Below, in pieces: positions 38,389 through 48,221 of a stretch of 64,000 nt of DNA; position 1 is the first letter of the stretch, and the number at the start of each line of letters is the position of its first letter. Made by a program: the position numbers and the translations under genes. The DNA lies in the IMG/VR virus record IMGVR_UViG_3300021138_000014, positions 18,375-82,374 of that record. The stretch is one strand, 5' to 3'. This DNA comes from a virus. Under the pieces are notes generated by a model. That model did no database searches. It was not told the origin of the DNA and saw only the letters and a list, made by a program, of their open reading frames with translations.

Positions 38389-38405
38389 TTGCTAAGTATA
38401 GAGGA

Positions 38406-38846
38406 TTATGCTCCAGCTAAAGATGTCATGATCTGGCGACCGTAGATTGTGATGCCAGAGTCTGGAGTGTAGAACTGATAAATGCTACGAGCATTACCTG
38501 TGGCTTGAGTTGGGGCAACTCCGCCTGGCCATGAGATACCTGTCCATGTCACTGTATATGTAGATGGGTTAGATATTTCTGCGTACCAGATGTGACCGTA
38601 CTTTGTAGAAAATGAACTTGCTGCGTTCCAAGAAAGGGTAGCATTACCCGATAGTACGTACTTGGCGTAGCCACTGCCCGAGGTCAAAGATCCAATAACG
38701 TTAGCCATAGGCGCAACCAAGGCAACAGTTCCTGTTATGTTTGACTGCAGGGAACCGTAATAGGTGATTCCAGCATTAATATATGCTGAGGAGTTCTTCT
38801 GAAGTACTCCGGGATATTCTGTAATTGGCATTAGTTTTGCACCCAA
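38406..38846 (-). CDS. Tail fibre-associated beta-sandwich protein (paralog 3)
   Basis: WYAEI...WPGGVAPT...QFYT.D.G..IYG. Confidence 0.6.
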   Translation of the reverse strand: MGAKLMPITEYPGVLQKNSSAYINAGITYYGSLQSNITGTVALVAPMANVIGSLTSGSGYAKYVLSGNATLSWNAASSFSTKYGHIWYAEISNPSTYTVTWTGISWPGGVAPTQATGNARSIYQFYTPDSGITIYGRQIMTSLAGA

Positions 38847-39292
38847 ACTCTTCCTTTTACGTTAACACCATCGACTGTATAAAATTGAAAAACGTTATAG
38901 TTATTAGTCCAAGTAGGGGTTCCGCCATCCCAGATGACAACACCTGTTCCCCCACCAAAGGCTAAAGTTACAGCAAAATTTAATTGTTGCGCTGCGGTAA
39001 AAGATCCAAATATTGATGAGTTAGGTATGTATTCAACAAACCATGTATATCCATGGGTTGCAGTAGTGTTGCCGTTAGAAAGCGTCTGTGGACCAACAAA
39101 GTTTGTGTTGAGATCAAAGTTAAGGGTAACCTGAGTAGAAGGTTGGTACACCTTAATTGTAGGTGTAGCAATAGGGTTAGCCGTTTGGTTAGTCGACGGA
39201 GACGTGATCAATAGTTTATTACTAGCCGCAGACGCGTTTGTATAAGCAAGCGTTGCAGGCTTAATGATATCTGGTACAGATGATAGAGTCAC
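38831..39292 (-). CDS. Tail fibre-associated protein (paralog 2)
   Basis: WFVE...WDGGTPT...QFYTVDG.NV.G. Confidence 0.6.
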   Translation of the reverse strand: MTLSSVPDIIKPATLAYTNASAASNKLLITSPSTNQTANPIATPTIKVYQPSTQVTLNFDLNTNFVGPQTLSNGNTTATHGYTWFVEYIPNSSIFGSFTAAQQLNFAVTLAFGGGTGVVIWDGGTPTWTNNYNVFQFYTVDGVNVKGRVWVQN

Positions 39293-39300
39293 GGTACTCC

Positions 39301-39723
39301 TTAGGAAACTAGGTTAGCGTAAAGTAGTTTACCGTTAATGGTTGTGCCATCAAAGCTAGTAAACATAATGGTGCTCTTACCGGATGCGGTAGAGACTAGT
39401 GTAGGAGCGGTTCCACCATCCCAAGTAACACCGCTAAATGTCACAGTGTAAGTAGCTCCCTGCTGGATTTCTACATACCAGATGGTTGGCTGGTACATAA
39501 CAACTCCGTATGGATCTGTAAATGTTCCAGGAAGACCTGTAAAAGAAACAGTGACGTTTCTTGTTAACTGGTTGATCTGAGCAATTCCACCATTAGTTGG
39601 ATTAATGGTTAGGGTAGTTACGCCATTAGCGTATGACAACGTCTGTACTCTTGTTGCTTGTGCGGAGTTAATTGCATAATCATTAGATTGCTCGAGCAAC
39701 TGCGGGACAGATGAAATGGCCAT
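39301..39723 (-). CDS. Tail fibre-associated protein (paralog 1)
   Basis: WYVEI...WDGGTAPT...FTSFDG..I.G. Confidence 0.6.
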   Translation of the reverse strand: MAISSVPQLLEQSNDYAINSAQATRVQTLSYANGVTTLTINPTNGGIAQINQLTRNVTVSFTGLPGTFTDPYGVVMYQPTIWYVEIQQGATYTVTFSGVTWDGGTAPTLVSTASGKSTIMFTSFDGTTINGKLLYANLVS

Positions 39724-39725
39724 TG

Positions 39726-40046
39726 TTAGTTCTTTCCGCTAAATAATGCTTTTAAACCAGAAGGCTTATCTTCAATTTCTTTGGTAGATGCTATTTCTTC
39801 AGCCTCAATGACGTCTTCATCAGAGGGGTTAAATCCAACACCATTCCAATTAGCTGCGGCTCCACCAAGATCCGCTGGCTGGAACACGCCATTAATGCGC
39901 TTCCACCCAATGCTTGGCTGAGGACGGAAGTTGGTGGTCTCGACAATCTCATAGAGACTGCCGAGTACACCAATATCTTCTGCCTTATCCGCCACAAGAT
40001 GGTGCTGAACAACACCATTGTTATCAACAAGAGCGAATTTAGCCAT
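39726..40046 (-). CDS. Putative fibre assembly chaperone
   Basis: FALVDNNGVV...PSIGW...GVF.P; follows Gly-rich fibre gene. Confidence 0.55.
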   Translation of the reverse strand: MAKFALVDNNGVVQHHLVADKAEDIGVLGSLYEIVETTNFRPQPSIGWKRINGVFQPADLGGAAANWNGVGFNPSDEDVIEAEEIASTKEIEDKPSGLKALFSGKN

Positions 40047-40067
40047 TTGTTATATCTCCTAGTATTT

Positions 40068-43000
40068 TTAGAATACAGCCTTGTCGAACCAGCGGACGAT
40101 AGCAAGACCGTCAGCGCCGTTTCCACCAAAGCTTGAGTATGGGAAGTATACAAGGCTGTTAAAGTCAACGTCAATAACGTCTCCAGCATCCAAGTATAGT
40201 GCTTCCCATGTTACATCGAAGTAGGCTGCGTTAACAGGAGCCTGAAGATCCTGCCATGCACCGACTGCTGTAGTCTGACCAGCAATGTTGTTGAGGTAAG
40301 TAACTGTGTTAACTGCTGTGAACACGATGTCATACGCTGGGCGATCTTCACGGATTGTCTGCATATCGTATGTCTTCCAACGGATTGTTGGGCGAATACG
40401 CTTAGCAAGACCAGGGAACTGTGTCGAAGTAACACCCGCAGGAGCAGTTGTTAGACGAGCAGCAACACCTGTGAAGTCAAGCACTGTGCGAGGAAGGATT
40501 GGGAACGCGTTAACACCAGTCTGAACCTTTGCGTTACCAACGTCTTGGATTGTGATACGAAGACCGTTAGTTGCGTAAATTGCAGCAGCTGCAGTGATAA
40601 GAGTTGTACAGTTGTATACAGGGTTCCACAAGTACTGGTTAGCGTTAGCAGTATCGTAAACGATTGCTGTGTTAGCCAAGTGGTTTGCTGTTACAGATGA
40701 TGCGTTGTTCTGGTTAGAAGCACCACCTCCACCGCCGGAGCCTGTGTTAGCAAGTGCGTCAATACCACGTGAGTAGTAGTTGCTTAGACCTGTGTTAGAT
40801 ACGATCCAGGTACCGCCACCCTTACCACCGCCAGCGTTTCCGCGGCCAGGCATGTTGGAGTTCTGTGTAGTTGCTGTAGTCCAACCAGCACCTCCACCAC
40901 CACCAGCGACAGGGATACCAAGAGGTGAACCAGAGTTCAAACCTGAAAGTGTTGTACCAAGACCACCGTCTCCGCCGTACGCAGGCACAGAGTTAGCAAC
41001 GATGTTACCTGAGTGGTAAATCGACATTCCGCCTTGATGTCCACGCATTGGGTAAGTTCCTGAAGAAGAACCACCGGATGAGTTGAAACCACCAGCGTAG
41101 TTGAATGTTGTGTTACCCGTTGTAGCAGGTGCGTACATCAATGCGTTTCCGCCAGCCTGAGTTGATCCAGCACCGCCACCTGCAAGGGTAGGCTGTGTGT
41201 AAGAACCGTTAGCAGCGTGACCGCCGTTGTTAGCACCTTCAAGACCATACTGCCACATTGGGTAGTTAGAGTTATAAGTACCTCCACCACCGCCACCTTC
41301 AGCAGAAAGCGCCGCAGCAATAACAATCTGAGAGTTACCGTATTCGCCAGCGAATGTGTAAGTTCCATCATTTCCACGGTGGAAGTTGGTTGCTGTTGCA
41401 CCAATTTCAAGCTGTGGTGCGATGAACAAGTACTCAATCGCTGATGTTGCCTGAGCTGCCTGATAAGCAGAAGCACCCAAACGGATCCATGTTGTATTGG
41501 TTGGTGCAGTTGCTGTAACACCGATACGGACTGGGTAGGCTGTCTGAGCCTGTGAGTTGGTCTGAGTAGCAGTTGCTACGCCAGAAATTGGAAGAGCATA
41601 ACCTGTTCCGTTTGTACGACCCAAAGAGTTGAAGTCTGCATCGAAGAACTCGAGGAAGGCTGACACTGGGCGATAGACAGAAGAGGTACCGTTGTTAAGG
41701 GCAAAGAGCGAGCCGTAGTACTGAGTACCTGCGGTAGCCTTAACATGGCGGTGAGCAATTTCGAGGTTACCACCAGTGTTGTTATTTGATGTAGCAAGGA
41801 TTGCCATATCGTTGTTGTATAGAGGTGGGTACCAAGTTGTGGCTGTGGAACCAACTTCTAACTGGAGGTTATCGATGAAGAACGAGGTCGAAGCCTGCTC
41901 AAGAACAATTGTTGGGTAGATAAACTGTGGTGTTGAGCCATAACCGTAAACACCGTTTGCAGTTGTTGCAGCAAATGAAGGTGTTGTGAAAGTTGCATAA
42001 ATACGACGCCATCCGTTTTGACCTGTGGTGACGTTAGATCCGAGGATCTGAACACCAGTAGGTACTGAGAAGGTAAGAGGTGTTGTAGACAATGCAGAGT
42101 TGGTAGCAAGCGACAATGTAACTGTGGCGTTTGTTGTCTGACCGGACATAGCAGACACAACTGTGTTTGACTGAATGCCAGCACCAGAAACAGCCATACC
42201 TACATAAACCTGAGTTGCGTTATCAACTGTGATGTTAGTAGCACCATTTCCACCAGTACCGTTAGCAACTACTGTACCTGTATAACCAGCAAGAGGTGTA
42301 GGTGTTGCCTGACGGACGAAGAATCCGTTAGCAGTACCTGCGTCGATTGAGTTAGATGTACCAGAGTTTGTACCACCAAGGTAGTTAGTAGCTGTTGAGG
42401 CACCATAAGATGCACCCACTGAACGCAACTGGAAGAGGAGTGGTGTAGCAGTGTTTACGTTTGTAGTTGTAGAAACGTATGCAGACATTGTATAAGTAGC
42501 GCCCGGAATGTAAGGGACACCCTGATAGTTAGCTGCAGTGGATGTTGGGGTAGTACCAGTGTTGGTAGACCAGTTGATCCATGTTGGAGCACCCGCAGAA
42601 GTACCAGATCCTGTTACAGCCAAGAGTGAGTACTGACCAACGGTACCTTCGTAAGAGATTGTAAATGAGGCTGCAGTAGCGGCCGCAATTGTTGGTTGGC
42701 TGATGGTAACTGTTGTACCGCTGATGCCGAGAATAACTGTTCCAGAAGATAGATAAGTTGCGTTAGCAATAAACATACCAGTTTGGACGTTAGTAACATC
42801 GGTAAGAACAATGGTGGTAGCACCAATTGTTGCCTGTGTACCAGTCTTTGTTAGAGGTACAACCATTTCCGCCAACTTGGTTGGAAGACCAGCGTTGGTG
42901 ATAGAGAAGCTACCAAGCGCGGTACCAAACTGCTGTACGTAAGAAGAAGATACAAGTGTTGGATCTTCCATCTGAGACAAGCGTGGCTGCATGATGTTGT

Positions 43001-43748
43001 TTGATAAGTTGTTGGTGTATGGTGAAGACGGTTGTCCGACAGCCTGAGTATTTGCAGTGATAGCGCCATATGAAATAGCGTTATAAGACACGTTAGCCTG
43101 TGAGGTAACTGCATCAGATACATCGAAGGTTGCGATTGTATTAACAGTAGATACTGTGTTAGCAACAGAAAGTGAAAGCACGTTACCTGTAATACCTGTG
43201 ATCTGGGTGTTAGTACCGAGGTTAGTACCAGAAACGTACATACCTACGACAAGACCGTTAGCATTAGGGTATACAGTGATGGTTGAAGCAGAAGCGATAC
43301 CTGTTACCTGACGGTAGATAAGGTTCTGATCCCATTGAGTGGCGCCATATTCAAAAAATGCGTTAACCAAAAGGTTAGCAATTGTGATTGAACCGAACGA
43401 TGTAGCACCACCGTTAGCGCCTGGAAGAGTGTTAACTACGTCAGTTGCAGAGACGAGCGCTCCTTGACCGCCTTGTCCACCAGCACCGATAGTTACTGTG
43501 TAGGAAGTGCCGGGAGTAACGTTAAGGTTCTTAACGATAACCTGACCAGCGCCACCGCCACCACCAGCGACGTCGCGTGAACCGCCACCGCCGCCTCCAC
43601 CTGCGCCAACAAGAATAACTTGTGCGCTTGCGACACCTGCGGGAACTGTCCAGGCACCAGAGGATGTGAATGTAGCTTCGTTTACGTAAACTCGACCTGA
43701 GTTATCGTTAGGAAAAACTACAAAATCTTTATATGAAGAAATTGCCAT
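40068..43748 (-). CDS. Large glycine-rich adhesin/tail fibre with CBM-like inserts
   Basis: FTSSG.WTVP...VGAGGGGG N-half and GGNGADG.AIVRW C-half; QLEVGSTAT CBM-type motifs. Confidence 0.78.
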   Translation of the reverse strand: MAISSYKDFVVFPNDNSGRVYVNEATFTSSGAWTVPAGVASAQVILVGAGGGGGGGSRDVAGGGGGAGQVIVKNLNVTPGTSYTVTIGAGGQGGQGALVSATDVVNTLPGANGGATSFGSITIANLLVNAFFEYGATQWDQNLIYRQVTGIASASTITVYPNANGLVVGMYVSGTNLGTNTQITGITGNVLSLSVANTVSTVNTIATFDVSDAVTSQANVSYNAISYGAITANTQAVGQPSSPYTNNLSNNIMQPRLSQMEDPTLVSSSYVQQFGTALGSFSITNAGLPTKLAEMVVPLTKTGTQATIGATTIVLTDVTNVQTGMFIANATYLSSGTVILGISGTTVTISQPTIAAATAASFTISYEGTVGQYSLLAVTGSGTSAGAPTWINWSTNTGTTPTSTAANYQGVPYIPGATYTMSAYVSTTTNVNTATPLLFQLRSVGASYGASTATNYLGGTNSGTSNSIDAGTANGFFVRQATPTPLAGYTGTVVANGTGGNGATNITVDNATQVYVGMAVSGAGIQSNTVVSAMSGQTTNATVTLSLATNSALSTTPLTFSVPTGVQILGSNVTTGQNGWRRIYATFTTPSFAATTANGVYGYGSTPQFIYPTIVLEQASTSFFIDNLQLEVGSTATTWYPPLYNNDMAILATSNNNTGGNLEIAHRHVKATAGTQYYGSLFALNNGTSSVYRPVSAFLEFFDADFNSLGRTNGTGYALPISGVATATQTNSQAQTAYPVRIGVTATAPTNTTWIRLGASAYQAAQATSAIEYLFIAPQLEIGATATNFHRGNDGTYTFAGEYGNSQIVIAAALSAEGGGGGGTYNSNYPMWQYGLEGANNGGHAANGSYTQPTLAGGGAGSTQAGGNALMYAPATTGNTTFNYAGGFNSSGGSSSGTYPMRGHQGGMSIYHSGNIVANSVPAYGGDGGLGTTLSGLNSGSPLGIPVAGGGGGAGWTTATTQNSNMPGRGNAGGGKGGGTWIVSNTGLSNYYSRGIDALANTGSGGGGGASNQNNASSVTANHLANTAIVYDTANANQYLWNPVYNCTTLITAAAAIYATNGLRITIQDVGNAKVQTGVNAFPILPRTVLDFTGVAARLTTAPAGVTSTQFPGLAKRIRPTIRWKTYDMQTIREDRPAYDIVFTAVNTVTYLNNIAGQTTAVGAWQDLQAPVNAAYFDVTWEALYLDAGDVIDVDFNSLVYFPYSSFGGNGADGLAIVRWFDKAVF

Positions 43749-43772
43749 TTATAGATACCTGTCCTTTGGTTG

Positions 43773-44075
43773 TTACTGGTAAACGCCGGAGATGAAGAAA
43801 TCTACTGCTGAAGCCACGTCTGCGGTGACTACAACAAGATCGCTTGGGTTAGCAACAAGGCGTGAGTCAAAGTTGACTGTACCGTTACCTGAAACCTGAA
43901 GCTGAGTGCAGAAAGAATATCCGCCGATTGTCACTGTGACATAGCGGGTATTTGCTGTCTTGTTTGACAAGACAATGTTTGTAATAATTGCGGCAGTAGA
44001 AGCAGTGATGCTTGTGCCTGCGTCAGTGGTAGCTGCTGTACCACGACGAATAAGTGTTACTGTAGGTGTAGCCAT
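43773..44075 (-). CDS. Small beta-rich virion protein
   Basis: IITNIVLSNKT...VDFFISG. Confidence 0.6.
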   Translation of the reverse strand: MATPTVTLIRRGTAATTDAGTSITASTAAIITNIVLSNKTANTRYVTVTIGGYSFCTQLQVSGNGTVNFDSRLVANPSDLVVVTADVASAVDFFISGVYQ

Positions 44076-44413
44076 TATGCTAGAACTCCCATGTATGCGT
44101 AGGTGGTTAGATTAGATGCTGTTGAATTTACGGCAGCCACCTGCGTGGTTCCAGCCGAGTTAACTGCTGCGACCTGAGTGGTACCAGCAGAGTTGACAAG
44201 ACCAACTTGAGTTGTTCCAGTCGAAGTAATTGTTGAAACTTGGTTAGCTGTAGCCGCAACGATATCGTTGACGCCCAACATTGTTCCAAGTTGTACTAGA
44301 GCATTTGCATAATATGCATAGTCTGTAGATGTATATGTACCGCCAGTTAAACTGGTAGTCATATCGTTGCTTAGTTGTGTGATCTGCGAACTAAGCGTTG
44401 AGTAACTTGTCAT
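44075..44413 (-). CDS. Virion protein with 11-aa repeats
   Basis: (VNSAGTTQVAA)-type repeat x3-4. Confidence 0.65.
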   Translation of the reverse strand: MTSYSTLSSQITQLSNDMTTSLTGGTYTSTDYAYYANALVQLGTMLGVNDIVAATANQVSTITSTGTTQVGLVNSAGTTQVAAVNSAGTTQVAAVNSTASNLTTYAYMGVLA

Positions 44414-44485
44414 TCGTTAGGTTACCTGCCTTCCAAGGTTTCCACTAGTGTATCTAGATTTATACTGTTTTTGTTTCTATACTTT

Positions 44486-47400
44486 TTAAGCTTGAGCTTC
44501 AGTCCATGAAATACGGGCTGAAATCTGAGAAGAAGCGGAACCGATATTGGTAGCCACAACTACAAGCACGTCTGGACCATTAGGGAATCCAGGGGTAGAA
44601 ACGTTTCCGTTTCCTGACATGTATGAGTTTCCAATATCCTTTGCTCCCTGAAGTGAGTACACAGAAGAGTTGAAGTTTGACGCTCCACCACCATTTTCTG
44701 AGAAGAAAGAGAAGATAGAGTCACCACCAAGAACAATTCCAGAGGGTGCTTGGATCGCTCCAGAACCGTACCCGTTATCAATAAAGATAGCCTGAGCCAA
44801 AGATGAAATACCTACGCCGTCACGAGTCCAGTCATTTGGAATACCAACATAACCAACGCTTGGTGTGAAGGTGATTGTTCCTGACACCGTCGTGGTGTTT
44901 GGTGCGCTGAGGGTTACCACGTTACCGTTTACAGCGGTAATGTAGGCTCCAGTAGCAATACCTGTACCAGAAACTAAGGTGCCGATCTGAAGACCAGTTA
45001 CGCTCGTTACGTTTAAAGTACCTGTATCAGCGACGGTAATAGTGTTCTGACCAGAGGTACCTGTAACTGAGGTACGAGTAGTTGCCAACTGAGCGGTTGT
45101 CCAGTTGGTATAACCAAGGTATGAAGGGTTAAGGATAACGTCGATACGATATGAACCGTTAGTCTGAACAGCCACTGATTGGAGCTGCAAAGCCATTCGG
45201 TTGATCAGTTCACGTACACCAAAGTTACGGGCAATCGCGTTATCAACTGTTGGAGCAACTCGAATTGCAAGGAGTGGACGTGCGGTACCGGCCGCAATCT
45301 GCTGATACTTAGTCATACCAGCGGTAAAGACTGGTAGCAAGTCATTCTGGAATCCGCCGTCCATAACAACTGATGAACCCCAGTGCTGAATAATAGGAGC
45401 ACAGTTTTGGTTAATCGGCTGTATAGATACCTGAGCGTTTCCGCCAGAACCTGTAAGAGATGAATCAGGGGTAAATGCAACGCTGCTCAATGTACCTGAG
45501 TATGTGAATGGCTGATCTGGGTAGTTCAACGTAATTGATGAACGTCGACCAACAACTGTTACTGGATAACCATTGGCTGTAGAGTTAAATGCACCTACTG
45601 CTGAGTACTGAATAATTTCAAGGTTTGTATCGTCCTTAACGATTGCATAACCTGAAGATGGCCAGTTAGTGGCTGAGTCAATATACAAAGTAGAGTCTGT
45701 TGCATTAAGAACAGATCCATAAGTTCCGGCTCCACCAGCAACCAAACGGCTGAATACAAGCGGGCTGTTATCTACTTCGTAACGAGCAGGCAAGTTACCT
45801 GACTTCTGGTAAGCAAGTTGGTTTGTGTTGGCGTTAACTACGCGGTGTACGTAGATAATGGATCCACGAGGACCACGAACACCAAAACGGATTGTTCCAG
45901 CGCCGTACCAAGAGTAATCAATATAGATCATCTGCATACGCTTTGGATCAATGACGAATCCTGAAGGACCTGTTCCATCACACTTATCCATGTTCCATGT
46001 GGACTGTGGATATTGAACAACCTGAGTTACCGTTGCACGAGCACCTGTGGTTGTAATACCTTTAAATGCTGGAGCAATATAAAGAACAGTATCGCTGGAG
46101 ATTGCAGTAACAAGGTAGGAAGAACCCTTAATAACAATCTTTTGACCAACAGCAAGTTGCTTACGGAACTGTGTTCCTACACCATTAACCTGTGGGCTGT
46201 ACTGAGTAAGGTTAAGACGACCAGAGAGTACCTTCTCTGAGTGACGGCGGTTAACAGCAAACTGTGAACCGTTATACGAGAAATAGAAACCGTTCTGCTC
46301 GTCAAACATACCAGAGCGAGTTTCAGCACCCTGCCAGCCAACAGCATGGACGTAAGAAGACTGACCATTAGGGGTAAGGTCTGTATAAGAAACTGGCTGT
46401 GTCAAGGTTACTGTGTACTGGAATACGTTTGAGTTACTGACAGACGCAACTGTAAACTGACCGTTGTATGGGTTGTAACCAGAGGAGTTAGTTGTCTGAA
46501 TGTTTTCTACATAGATAACTGCACCAGCTTGAAGACCGTGATCTTCCATAGTGGTAACAGACACTGTCTGGGTTCCCACAGATCCAGCGGAGAGTGAGAT
46601 ACCATCAATATTAAATGTAGGGGTTAACTTAGCGCCAGTAGAGAACTGCATACCCTTACCAGCTTGGTAACGGAAGTAACGGCGAGTTTGACGAATAGCC
46701 TGAAGTCCCGGTACGTTGTTATAAGTAGTAATAGCAACACCCGCGTCATATGGGCGGTGAATAACATAACCGTCAGACTTAGGAACAATACGCCCAGTGG
46801 TAGGTACTGTTACCTGTGACTGTTGTGCATAAAGAGTAAATACCAATTGATTTGTCTGAGGAACTTGCTTGACTACATAGTCTCCGTCAAAGCTGTTAGT
46901 TCCTGAGATAGAAACAGACGATCCTGGGTATAGACCGTGCGGGTATTGGAATGTAACAGTGACGTTAGACGCAGGAGCAACACCATCAGTTACAGCAGTC
47001 CATGGATTGAGAGTGTTAACAGCGCCAGTAATTGTTCCAAGAGAAGGATAGTTACCGCCCGGAATGTGAGAGCCGTCAAAAAGATCTCCACCGTAAACTG
47101 CAGAAAGGTTAGGGTAAATTGTTTCACCAGAAACAACACCCTTGGCACGATAAGTAAATGTATAAATAGTAGGTGCAGAAAGAACAGAGTAGGTTCCTTC
47201 TACGCGGTAGTTCTGTGTTTCTTGAATGCTAACAACACCACCAGCGCTAAGGCCATGAGGTGCTGAAGACGTTACTGTAACAACAGAACGTGGGGCGGTT
47301 CCATCACCAAAAATAGAAGTAACAGCAATAGCGTTACCACCGTTTGGCTTAGCAAAGAATGAAGGGTAGTTAGACTGAAGGAAGACTGTCTCCCACTTCG

Positions 47401-47794
47401 AGGGCTGGACTGAGTATTCAAAGTCCGTATCGATCAATGACTGTGGGGTAGAAACGCGCTGCTTTTGAACAGCGTCTGTGAAGGTCTCGTCAGGGGTTGT
47501 AACAACTGAGTTGTCGTCGTAGTAAACCTGAATAAGGTCAGTTGACAACATGTTGGCATTAAAGTAGGTTGGGTTCAAAACAATAACTGTATTGAAAATA
47601 CCGTTACCTTGATCTGCCTTTGTATAAGAGGTATAGCTTGTTGTATTATCTGAGAAGTTATAAAGGATAACGTTACGTGTGATGTTCGTGATGAGCATCA
47701 TGCGCTCAGGACGAATCCAGCGCTCAAGGATTGTTAACGTATATGTCGATGGATTAAACGCGTAATCCGTTTCTTGCAATACTTGACGTGACAC
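44486..47794 (-). CDS. Large virion structural protein (baseplate/fibre scaffold)
   Basis: RVSTPQSLIDTDFEY, RQTRRYFRYQAGKG, IDYSWYGAG, three HGL beta modules. Confidence 0.75.
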   Translation of the reverse strand: MSRQVLQETDYAFNPSTYTLTILERWIRPERMMLITNITRNVILYNFSDNTTSYTSYTKADQGNGIFNTVIVLNPTYFNANMLSTDLIQVYYDDNSVVTTPDETFTDAVQKQRVSTPQSLIDTDFEYSVQPSKWETVFLQSNYPSFFAKPNGGNAIAVTSIFGDGTAPRSVVTVTSSAPHGLSAGGVVSIQETQNYRVEGTYSVLSAPTIYTFTYRAKGVVSGETIYPNLSAVYGGDLFDGSHIPGGNYPSLGTITGAVNTLNPWTAVTDGVAPASNVTVTFQYPHGLYPGSSVSISGTNSFDGDYVVKQVPQTNQLVFTLYAQQSQVTVPTTGRIVPKSDGYVIHRPYDAGVAITTYNNVPGLQAIRQTRRYFRYQAGKGMQFSTGAKLTPTFNIDGISLSAGSVGTQTVSVTTMEDHGLQAGAVIYVENIQTTNSSGYNPYNGQFTVASVSNSNVFQYTVTLTQPVSYTDLTPNGQSSYVHAVGWQGAETRSGMFDEQNGFYFSYNGSQFAVNRRHSEKVLSGRLNLTQYSPQVNGVGTQFRKQLAVGQKIVIKGSSYLVTAISSDTVLYIAPAFKGITTTGARATVTQVVQYPQSTWNMDKCDGTGPSGFVIDPKRMQMIYIDYSWYGAGTIRFGVRGPRGSIIYVHRVVNANTNQLAYQKSGNLPARYEVDNSPLVFSRLVAGGAGTYGSVLNATDSTLYIDSATNWPSSGYAIVKDDTNLEIIQYSAVGAFNSTANGYPVTVVGRRSSITLNYPDQPFTYSGTLSSVAFTPDSSLTGSGGNAQVSIQPINQNCAPIIQHWGSSVVMDGGFQNDLLPVFTAGMTKYQQIAAGTARPLLAIRVAPTVDNAIARNFGVRELINRMALQLQSVAVQTNGSYRIDVILNPSYLGYTNWTTAQLATTRTSVTGTSGQNTITVADTGTLNVTSVTGLQIGTLVSGTGIATGAYITAVNGNVVTLSAPNTTTVSGTITFTPSVGYVGIPNDWTRDGVGISSLAQAIFIDNGYGSGAIQAPSGIVLGGDSIFSFFSENGGGASNFNSSVYSLQGAKDIGNSYMSGNGNVSTPGFPNGPDVLVVVATNIGSASSQISARISWTEAQA

Positions 47795-47807
47795 TTAGTA
47801 TTCCTTC

Positions 47808-48221
47808 CTAGATCAAACTGATTGGTGACACAACGCGAGTTGTTGTCGTAGTAGTAACAAAAGATCCTTTAGGAAAGTAAATTCCCAAACCAAGTTTTGC
47901 ATCCGCTGCCATAGCATTTGCTACCGCTGAGCCTGATGGACCCGTAGGACCAGTTGGACCTTGAATACCAGCGCCTGTTGCTCCAGTAGCACCAGCAGGT
48001 CCTGTTGCGCCTGTCGCTCCAGATGTTCCTGCAGGTCCGGTTGGTCCTGTAGCACCAGTAGGTCCAGAAGCATAGGATAGCGAATTCCACAGAGTTACGC
48101 CGTCACCTAATTTAAACTTACCTGTATCTAATTCAAGACCAAGTTCGCCTTGAGCAAGAAGTGAGTTTGCTGCAGCCCATTGAGCTGCAGTACCACGCCT
48201 AAATTGGACTTGAACTGACAT
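47808..48221 (-). CDS. Mtd-N/hyaluronidase-N domain + short collagen
   Basis: [10 protein letters not shown]...[21 protein letters not shown]; GPT/GAT triplets. Confidence 0.85.
   Translation of the reverse strand: MSVQVQFRRGTAAQWAAANSLLAQGELGLELDTGKFKLGDGVTLWNSLSYASGPTGATGPTGPAGTSGATGATGPAGATGATGAGIQGPTGPTGPSGSAVANAMAADAKLGLGIYFPKGSFVTTTTTTRVVSPISLI

Noticed and set aside
40211-43165. Many alternative-frame Leu/Gln-rich ORFs
   Set aside because: Artefacts of codon bias in the large fibre gene
47808-48221. Mtd-N domain as sign of a diversity-generating retroelement
   Set aside because: No reverse transcriptase, no C-type lectin variable region and no TR/VR pair seen in the window
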